From contig CAXYKR010000343.1 of the NCBI GenBank assembly GCA_964277815.1, forward strand, positions 1,611 through 65,610: a stretch of 64,000 nucleotides of DNA. Reading direction: 5' to 3'. Shown here in pieces: positions 29,493 through 36,538 of this stretch; the first letter of the stretch is position 1; every line of letters starts with the position of its first letter. The DNA comes from an uncultured Mucilaginibacter sp. (GTDB lineage Bacteria > Bacteroidota > Bacteroidia > Sphingobacteriales > Sphingobacteriaceae). A program made the translations under genes and the position numbers. Under the pieces are notes generated by a model. The model searched no databases, had not been told where the DNA came from, and saw nothing but the letters and a program-made list of their open reading frames with translations.

Positions 29493-29941
29493 TAAAGTTC
29501 GCCAAGAAGTTCGCGGGTGTCAGAAGATAAGTGATCTTCAAGCAGCGCCCTAAATTCCGTTAATGAGTCAATTAATTTAGGCATGTCTTCGCTGCTTGGC
29601 GCGTCTATCATGAGCAACACCGTATTTGGTTCTTTTCTAAACAAGGCAGACTTATAGCGGCTGCTGCGACTTTTAGCTTCCGCAAATTTACGCACCAAAT
29701 TGCGGTACCGACCGTCTACGCCAGTCAAAGCGCTGCCGTCCTGATCGGCGGTACCGACCAGGGTGCTTAATTTGCTTAAAAAAGCTTTGACGATTTGCTT
29801 AGCTTTTTGGATATCTTCTATAGGCTGCTGATCGTTGATGCCTTTTTGGGCAAGTTTCAAATGAATTAATAATTTATTAAGCCTTTCCAGGATGCTTTGT
29901 CCTCGTTCAAAACTTTGAATGGCCAGTTGCTTCGTTTCCAT
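29492..29941 (-). CDS. hypothetical helical protein (149 aa)
   Basis: ATG 8 nt after the pAgo stop. No family recognised. Composition looks predominantly helical. Confidence 0.55.
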   Translation of the reverse strand: METKQLAIQSFERGQSILERLNKLLIHLKLAQKGINDQQPIEDIQKAKQIVKAFLSKLSTLVGTADQDGSALTGVDGRYRNLVRKFAEAKSRSSRYKSALFRKEPNTVLLMIDAPSSEDMPKLIDSLTEFRALLEDHLSSDTRELLGEL

Positions 29942-29949
29942 GATTGATA

Positions 29950-32259
29950 TTATTTGATGCGTTGAACTTCTTGACCCGCTTTATCTTGTAACTCGTCATC
30001 AGCCCGTTTAGCACAATAGGTGAGCCTTTGCGCTACAGACGGGCTGGCAAAGTTCATTTGGGTGGTGACGAATATGTCTTGTAATACGTTCTTTAAATTC
30101 GCCTGCGTGTATTTGTTTTTAATCAATAATGGCGACGCGGTGCCTTGATGCAAGGTTCCCTGTCCGGTGGCCGCCAGTACTACGGTACTGCTGTCAATCA
30201 TAAGCCAACTACCTTCCAGGGCATTATGGACCGTGTTGTTTTCCCGTTCCCATATCCTGACTTCTTTTAAAGTAGATTTACGGTATTCAACAAAATCGAA
30301 AGTTAAGTCGGTGGGGAACACGCCTTCGGCTTTAAGTTCCGCAATAGCTTCCTGTATAGCTTTAAACTCTTGATCGCAATCTTTACCATCCCGAAGCACT
30401 AACAATGATTTTAAACCATTATCCTTCACCGTGTCTTTATGCAGTTGAAAAAGCTCTTTAAAATGTTTTTTCAAAAAGACGGGATTTATCGTTTCGAGCG
30501 CCTTTGGGTCCGTTTTTCTTTTGACTTTTACATCCGAATTGGGAACATCCATCTGCTGACCATAAACCAACAATGATAGGGCCAAATGGGTGTGTCGGCT
30601 GCTAACGTCAATCATCAAGTGCATATCGTAATTCAGTTTGGTATCCGGTACAAAGAGCAGGCACCCTAATTGCTCCAGAACATCGTAAGTAATCAGATCA
30701 ACATAAGCGTTCCAGTTACGTTCACCGTTGGGATTCCGGCCGTCCTTGAAATTACTGTAACCGCGATATTTGCGTCGTAATTCCTGTTCGGTTAATCTTT
30801 TGACTTTCCAATCGGGTAAATTATGACGGATTAAATAATAGTTGGCAGATTCGTTATTATCAAAAGTAAAAACCACCATTCCGGCTTTGCGATAATTCTT
30901 TTTCAGGTCTATGGTAGCTTGTTCCTGACTCGCGAAGCCATCGACGACCGCCTGCACATTAATGCTGGTTAGTTTGGTGATTTTTTCGCAAACATCATTG
31001 GAAAGTTTTTCTTGTATTTTGGTGTCTATGCTTTGTGGGAACTGAAAGTGAATATCCCTGGTCATACCCGGCGGTACATAGAAACAGCCACATTCATCCA
31101 GCATTTTTTTTCGGTTGCGAAAATGCTCCTTGTAAAGCCGGGTGGTTTGTGCCACAGGTTTCGGCAATAAAAGGTTCCCCCCAAAGCGGAGGCCAGTCAT
31201 TTGCAACGTACCACAACGACCAGGACCAGGCGCAAAAAAACCATTTTTTATACCTGCAAAATGAACACCAAATGGTTTTTGGCCAAATTCAGCCCAAAGC
31301 TTTGTTAACAATTCTTCGCGCAGTGGCGGTTCGATTTTATCCACCTGACTCATCTCATGATCCAACGCTTCGTTAGTTACACGCAAATACAGCCGGTTGG
31401 CGGGTACCGGTACCGGTGCATTGTCTTCCGTTCCCGGAAAAGAAACCATGGCAACGCGATCATTGGCATTAACTCCAAAATTCGGGTAGCTTTTTTGGTA
31501 ATAGTCCCAAGTGTTTTGATAGGTGACCCCATTGATCTTTAACCTACGCGTCGTTGCTAAAGTAGTATCATCCAGATATTTGGTGAAATAACATTTTACA
31601 CGACCGTTCGGGCCATCGTAATATAAGGTGCCTTTGTTTTCACCGTAACGGCCCGAGAGGGTATAAAAGCGTTTTCTCAGATTCATCGAAAAGTAATCGT
31701 CGACGGACATACCTGTAAAGAAAGCAGTACCGACATTGATCGCCAAGCCCAAACCTTCTTTTTCCAGTATCACCTCTGCTACCTCATATTTTCGGTAAGC
31801 TTCAATATCGGCCACGTGTTCCGAACCATTCAAAAAATCGTTTTTAAGGAAGGGTACTTGGGCGTAAAATATGCGAGGGCTATCCAATCGCCAATAGTCC
31901 GGTTTAGCTGCAAATTTCAAAAGCAATGCTTTTTTGTAAAGATCGGCGAGTAATTGAGCTTGATTCGGATCACTCAGCGTCAGGGCAAAATTCCCTTCGA
32001 TAGGTTTTAATTCGATCAGCCAGTTATCCACTTCAAAGTCCTTACGCGGAATCCGGTCATGACATTCGATCAGGATACCTCTAACCTGGTTGTTTTGCAT
32101 ATAAGGCACAGCTGGAATACCAAAGCTTTTGCCAATATACGTACACAGCCGCTGGGCTTTTTCTTTAACTAATTCGTCGGTGTCCAGTTCGTAGCGGCGC
32201 ACAAATAGTTTAAGCTGCGTTCCGTGCAATACTAATTTGATGTTCGTTTCTTTACTCAT
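29950..32259 (-). CDS. long prokaryotic Argonaute (PIWI-domain protein), probably catalytically inactive
   Basis: Preferred start MSKETNIKL (cat at 32257-32259), 769 aa. PIWI-like blocks HLMIDVSS, ALET, LLVLRDGKD, QGTASPLLI, RLTYCAKRADD. Ala sits at the position of the 4th catalytic D/H when aligned to the HYADK / YAHL blocks. Confidence 0.7.
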   Translation of the reverse strand: MSKETNIKLVLHGTQLKLFVRRYELDTDELVKEKAQRLCTYIGKSFGIPAVPYMQNNQVRGILIECHDRIPRKDFEVDNWLIELKPIEGNFALTLSDPNQAQLLADLYKKALLLKFAAKPDYWRLDSPRIFYAQVPFLKNDFLNGSEHVADIEAYRKYEVAEVILEKEGLGLAINVGTAFFTGMSVDDYFSMNLRKRFYTLSGRYGENKGTLYYDGPNGRVKCYFTKYLDDTTLATTRRLKINGVTYQNTWDYYQKSYPNFGVNANDRVAMVSFPGTEDNAPVPVPANRLYLRVTNEALDHEMSQVDKIEPPLREELLTKLWAEFGQKPFGVHFAGIKNGFFAPGPGRCGTLQMTGLRFGGNLLLPKPVAQTTRLYKEHFRNRKKMLDECGCFYVPPGMTRDIHFQFPQSIDTKIQEKLSNDVCEKITKLTSINVQAVVDGFASQEQATIDLKKNYRKAGMVVFTFDNNESANYYLIRHNLPDWKVKRLTEQELRRKYRGYSNFKDGRNPNGERNWNAYVDLITYDVLEQLGCLLFVPDTKLNYDMHLMIDVSSRHTHLALSLLVYGQQMDVPNSDVKVKRKTDPKALETINPVFLKKHFKELFQLHKDTVKDNGLKSLLVLRDGKDCDQEFKAIQEAIAELKAEGVFPTDLTFDFVEYRKSTLKEVRIWERENNTVHNALEGSWLMIDSSTVVLAATGQGTLHQGTASPLLIKNKYTQANLKNVLQDIFVTTQMNFASPSVAQRLTYCAKRADDELQDKAGQEVQRIK

Positions 32260-32263
32260 CGAT

Positions 32264-33226
32264 TTACGCTTTAGTACATATTTCCAGGAATGCGCATTGT
32301 GCGCAAACCTTTGCTTGATTACAGGCGGTAAAGGCTTCCACCAGGCCATCAGCACCAAATTCTTCCATTTCTGTTAATAGCTCGATATCCTGTAAGATAC
32401 GGGCCTTTGCTCTTTTCAGTTCCTGGCCTGAAAAAAGTAAAGGCTCTAATATGCCATCCTGCAAAAACGCCTTATACAACCTGATCGAAGCTAAGGGTAT
32501 CTCCATTTGCTCGTGTGCCCATAAGGCGTAAGTCAACAATTGCAAACTACTCTCTTCCGAGTCATTTTGGCCGGTCTTCCAGTCCGCGATCACCCAACCC
32601 TCAGCATCCGGGAACATTAAGTCGATCGCACCATCAATCATGGCGCCCTCGTAATTAAGTAAAATCTTCTTCTCGATCAGGCTTTCCAACCGCAAGGCCC
32701 CTTCGCGTAGTTTAGCAAATTCGCAGCTCAGATAAAACTGCTCCAAGCTTAGCCGCATTTTATCCCGCAGATTATTGCGCAGCAGTTCCGTTTCAACAGT
32801 GCCATAAAATAACTCCTGGATGATCGCCGGTGCTCGGTATTCATATTCCCTTATAGCACCGGCAACAACTTCAGTTGAATGCTTGAAAGCATCGTCCAAT
32901 AATTTATTGGCAAAACTGATCATATGCGGGAGCGTCCAAACGACCTCTTTTTTAGCATTATTGAAGTAGGCACTGATCACCCGGTGAACAACTTCTCCAG
33001 CCACCAATACACCGGTCGATAAGTGTTTTAAGAACTGTATCCGGTCTTTGTGCAATTCTACATCCGCTTTGCGTTTACTGCCGCCAAAATATTGGTAATA
33101 TCCCATCCGCGGGCAAGTGCCAAAAGTATTCAAGCGTGAAAACGACCAACGCAACTTAGTCACTTTCACGACGGCTTTACCCGTGGCCGCTACTATTGAA
33201 TTACCAAAAAGATCGGTTTGTTCCAT
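32264..33226 (-). CDS. Cas4/RecB-like PD-(D/E)xK nuclease with a 4-Cys cluster
   Basis: FGTCPRMGYY (N-terminal Cys), IDGAIDLMF, VIADWKTG (D-x-K), QLLTYALW (QxxxY), C-terminal CNQAKVCAQCAFLEIC. Start at MEQTDLF (33226), or at the alternative ATG 33271. Confidence 0.75.
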   Translation of the reverse strand: MEQTDLFGNSIVAATGKAVVKVTKLRWSFSRLNTFGTCPRMGYYQYFGGSKRKADVELHKDRIQFLKHLSTGVLVAGEVVHRVISAYFNNAKKEVVWTLPHMISFANKLLDDAFKHSTEVVAGAIREYEYRAPAIIQELFYGTVETELLRNNLRDKMRLSLEQFYLSCEFAKLREGALRLESLIEKKILLNYEGAMIDGAIDLMFPDAEGWVIADWKTGQNDSEESSLQLLTYALWAHEQMEIPLASIRLYKAFLQDGILEPLLFSGQELKRAKARILQDIELLTEMEEFGADGLVEAFTACNQAKVCAQCAFLEICTKA

Positions 33227-33231
33227 CTTTA

Positions 33232-33573
33232 TTACCTCAATCGTTTTAAGTTCGTCATTAAACGATCCCATTCATGATCAGTCAGCCGCATATTAGCGAC
33301 CTCATTCATAAATTTGATCGCAGATGGACTGGATGCAATGGCACCACTCATTTCTCCCGTGATCTTTCCTGACTTGGAGAGCAAAACCTCGGTTGAAACC
33401 CCTAATACATCGCAAATCTTCTGGATGGTTTCCGCAGCTGGCGGTGCCATCCGGTCATTCTCGACTTTGCTGATATAAGAAAAATCAATACCAACCTGAT
33501 CAGCCAAATCTCTTTGGCTGATCCCCTTTTCGCGCCTGATAGCTTTTAATGTTTGTCCAAAAGTCTGATCCAT
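33232..33573 (-). CDS. XRE-family HTH regulator heading the pAgo operon
   Basis: MDQTFGQTLKAIRREKGISQRDLADQVGIDFSYISKVENDRMAPP. The track start 33612 is TTG. The ATG at 33573 gives a typical XRE N-terminus. Confidence 0.75.
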   Translation of the reverse strand: MDQTFGQTLKAIRREKGISQRDLADQVGIDFSYISKVENDRMAPPAAETIQKICDVLGVSTEVLLSKSGKITGEMSGAIASSPSAIKFMNEVANMRLTDHEWDRLMTNLKRLR

Positions 33574-33576
33574 ATA

Positions 33577-33607
33577 CAAATATAAGAATGTTGAGTTGAA
33601 TCTCAAC
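33577..33607 (-). promoter_or_regulatory. -7 promoter box plus inverted-repeat operator candidate for the pAgo operon
   Basis: Minus-strand TATATTTG (plus caaatata, 33577-33584) is a perfect TAnnTTTG only 4 nt from the ATG. IR gttgag-ttgaat-ctcaac lies at 33590-33607. Confidence 0.4.
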
Positions 33608-33773
33608 ACCAACTTTGGAAAATTATTTCAATAAATTTTATGGTAAAATATTTCAAAGAATTGCTAATTGCTTTCAAGGTCAGCGGTTTAAAGAGGTGAA
33701 TGAATTAGAGTCAAAACTTATAAGCTGAATAATATTTACTATAATTGAACACATAAACCTTATTTAATTAACT

Positions 33774-34895
33774 ATGGAAGAGCTTATTGCAAGTATCGCA
33801 ACAACGCTGAAAGATTACCGAGAAGATGAAGATAACACTTCAGTTCAAGTAAGCGAAGATCACATTACGGAATGGATAGCGCAATTTGAAGAAGAACTAC
33901 AAGTTCCTATTCTGACGGAGTTGAACAATATCTTCAAAAAACGATACTGTTCTAAGAAGAATTTGCGGCGATTTTTAGAATTACTCATTGAGGCCCTTAC
34001 TAAAGATTCTGGTTTGTCTTCCGAGGTAGATTTTTTAAAAAATGCTCAATTTCTAAGCCTGCAAGGACATGGGAAAAGTCAAACTATCATTCTTGAAATA
34101 CTGAAGGAAGTAATTTTTGATAAATATGATTTTTCATTTGACAAATGTGGTGCCTCATCACGTAAATATTCGATTTATATAGATGACGTACTTTGTTCGG
34201 GGCTTACCTTAATTTCAAATATCCAAGAATGGTCAAAATCTGAATTTGAAAATGGCAAAACAAATAAGCAGGCTGTGGAAGACGGATCAACAAAACTTTT
34301 CCTGAATTATATTTTTGTACATGAAAAGAACTTCGATAAGAAATTATATGAGATGGAAAAAAGAATTTCAGCCAAATTTTCCGCAAAAATCAAATCCTAT
34401 CATATGCATGAGATTCAGAATACGCTGATACCAACTTCAAAAGTTGATCTTATATTTCCTAACAGTGTGGAACAACCTGAGAATGTCGAGCAGTACCGGG
34501 CGGAAATAATAGAAACGGTTGATGCTTACAGTAAAGAGAAAGGTTATAAAACTAGCGCCGAAGAATTTTTTCGTCCAAATAAATTGCCGAAAGACGAAAA
34601 ATTCTTTACCAGTCCTGAGAATAGAAAGCTCGTCGAGGATGCTTTTTTGCAAAAGGGAATAGAGATACTTGGAAAGGCAAATGTTAACAATAAAAACATG
34701 CGGGCATTGGGTTATTCAATGCCATCGGTAAAAAGCTTCGGTTTCGGAGCGCTTTGTTTTACCTGGCGGAATGTGCCGAACAATACTCCGCTTGTATTTT
34801 GGTACGCTGGTGGTGGTTTTACGCCGTTATTTAAAGTGTCAAGGGGAAATAATTCAGCGTTTAATTTTACATTTGATTTTAGTGCGGAAGAATAG
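33774..34895 (+). CDS. phosphoribosyltransferase (PRTase)-like protein
   Basis: 373 aa. RKYSIYIDDVLCSGLTLISNI matches the PRPP-binding loop of type I PRTases (hydrophobic run-DD-hh-x-SG-x-T). The N- and C-terminal regions are unrecognised. Confidence 0.6.
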   Translation: MEELIASIATTLKDYREDEDNTSVQVSEDHITEWIAQFEEELQVPILTELNNIFKKRYCSKKNLRRFLELLIEALTKDSGLSSEVDFLKNAQFLSLQGHGKSQTIILEILKEVIFDKYDFSFDKCGASSRKYSIYIDDVLCSGLTLISNIQEWSKSEFENGKTNKQAVEDGSTKLFLNYIFVHEKNFDKKLYEMEKRISAKFSAKIKSYHMHEIQNTLIPTSKVDLIFPNSVEQPENVEQYRAEIIETVDAYSKEKGYKTSAEEFFRPNKLPKDEKFFTSPENRKLVEDAFLQKGIEILGKANVNNKNMRALGYSMPSVKSFGFGALCFTWRNVPNNTPLVFWYAGGGFTPLFKVSRGNNSAFNFTFDFSAEE

Positions 34896-34907
34896 TATGC
34901 TCAAGTG

Positions 34908-35693
34908 ATGGTGCCTACAAAAAAATACGAAAGTAAAATTTACAAAGCGTCGGAATGCTGTGTTTTCAGGAAGACGAAGGAAGGTTATGGCGCGCTTTCT
35001 AATATGGCGGCGGGCTTTCCATTGCGTATTAATGGAATCTCTGTAAAATCCACGGAGGCATTGTACCAGGTATGTCGATTTCCACATATGCCGGAAGTTC
35101 AGGAAAGGATACTATATGAAAAGAGTCCAATGACGGCAAAAATGGTGGGGAAACCTTTCCGGGAAATGACCAGGCCAGATTGGGAGGAAGAAAGGGTAAA
35201 AATTATGCGGTGGTGCCTTCGTGTCAAACTCGCTCAAAATTTTTGGTCTTTTGGGAAAGTACTGGAATGTACATTTAATAAGCAAATCGTTGAGGAAAGT
35301 AGTAAGGACCCTTTTTGGGGTGCTATACCTGACAAATATGAAAAGGACTGCCTAAAAGGCGTGAATGCTCTTGGAAGATTACTGATGGAACTGCGGCAGA
35401 CCTATAATGAAAAGCGTTATCTTGCTGATCTTTTTTACATTGAACCATTAAAAATACCTGATTTTAAGTTGTTGGGGAGCGAAATTAGTGTGGTTGATGA
35501 ACGTGCAAATTTTGTGAGTTATATCCAACACTCTCTTGGAATAAACAGCCCAACGCTGCTAAACGAACAGAAATCCGAAGTTGAGATTACAAAATCTTCG
35601 ACGACAACACCAGCCAAGCCGCAAAAGAAAAGCGGACTTACGAAAACGGCACGTAGCAAATCCAACGGTGAACAGAGTAGTTTATCATTATAA
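34908..35693 (+). CDS. NADAR (YbiA/DUF1768) family protein with a C-terminal extension
   Basis: ATG at 34908 (the track start 34905 is GTG). Blocks GALSNMAAGFPLRINGISVKSTEALYQVCRF, WEEERVKIMRWCLRVKLAQN, DPFWGA, GVNALGRLLMELR. An extra tail of about 90 aa follows. Confidence 0.75.
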   Translation: MVPTKKYESKIYKASECCVFRKTKEGYGALSNMAAGFPLRINGISVKSTEALYQVCRFPHMPEVQERILYEKSPMTAKMVGKPFREMTRPDWEEERVKIMRWCLRVKLAQNFWSFGKVLECTFNKQIVEESSKDPFWGAIPDKYEKDCLKGVNALGRLLMELRQTYNEKRYLADLFYIEPLKIPDFKLLGSEISVVDERANFVSYIQHSLGINSPTLLNEQKSEVEITKSSTTTPAKPQKKSGLTKTARSKSNGEQSSLSL

Positions 35694-36139
35694 GTTATTT
35701 ATCCACCCACTGAACATAGAAAAAATGGGTATACCGCCGATCTTAAAACTTATGTAGAATTTTGTCGCATTTTTTCTAAGATCAGTCCTTAGTTTTCTTT
35801 TAAAGTAAGCTATTCGCAATAATACAAAAATAGGCAATAGGTCAATAAACGTTTACTATATACTATCAATTAGAGTAGCATATCATCTGCTTTGGATAGA
35901 TAGTACGGATTGCTTATTTAATAGACATTATTACTGCCCAGATTACAATCTCAATAATAGATAACTATTTATTATCTGTGCAAATTGACTAGGAACTAAC
36001 GTCTTCCAACTGCGATGCTGATGTCCAGTGAAGAACCGATCAGCCAAATAAGAGGCTACTTTTTCATTAAGCAAATTAACAAAACGTCTTGGGCGGAAGG
36101 CATATTAACTCCCATACTGTCGTGACTCTCATTGCGAAT

Positions 36140-36379
36140 TCTGCAATTTTTCTTCACTTCATTTGTGCTTTTGTGGAGTTTACTTTGAGAGAGCCGCAGC
36201 ATCTTTTTGATCTCGAAAATTTTCAGTCAGTGATGGCCCGGCGGGCTGGATTATTCTTTGAGCAGCTTCTTAATATCAACAATAAGCTGCTGCTTAAATC
36301 TATTAAGTCTTGAACCGTGATAAATTGATCACGGTTCACTTAGGAAAGTCGTGTTCGATTTCACTCCGATTTGCGATAG
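36140..36379 (-). pseudogene. degenerate copy of the excisionase-like HTH gene 25856..26185
   Basis: About 200 nt align by eye at roughly 75-80 percent to the 5' part of the intact gene. ATG is mutated to ATC (36375-36377). There is a 1-nt deletion (CCTAAGTGAAC vs CCTAAAGTAAAC) and in-frame stops. The upstream promoter segment is also duplicated. Confidence 0.6.
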
Positions 36380-36424
36380 TTAAAAATTTAGCAACAGCAA
36401 ATGTAAAAAAGGGAAGAAACAAAA

Positions 36425-36453
36425 ATATCACGCCTCATGGACGAGGTAGGGTA
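36425..36453 (-). promoter_or_regulatory. conserved ICE motif, copy C (upstream of the HTH pseudogene)
   Basis: atatcacgcctcatggacgaggtagggta. It is preceded, as in copy B, by aaaatttagcaacagcaaatgt. Confidence 0.45.
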
Positions 36454-36538
36454 TTATATATATAATTTAAAAAATTAACAATGCGACTCGGCAAATAAGC
36501 CGTCACTCGCGAAAATATGAGCTTGCATTTATTGATGT

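Noticed and set aside
36089-36313. A 74-aa plus-strand ORF.
   Set aside because: It is antisense to the decayed copy of the HTH gene and starts with a non-ATG codon.
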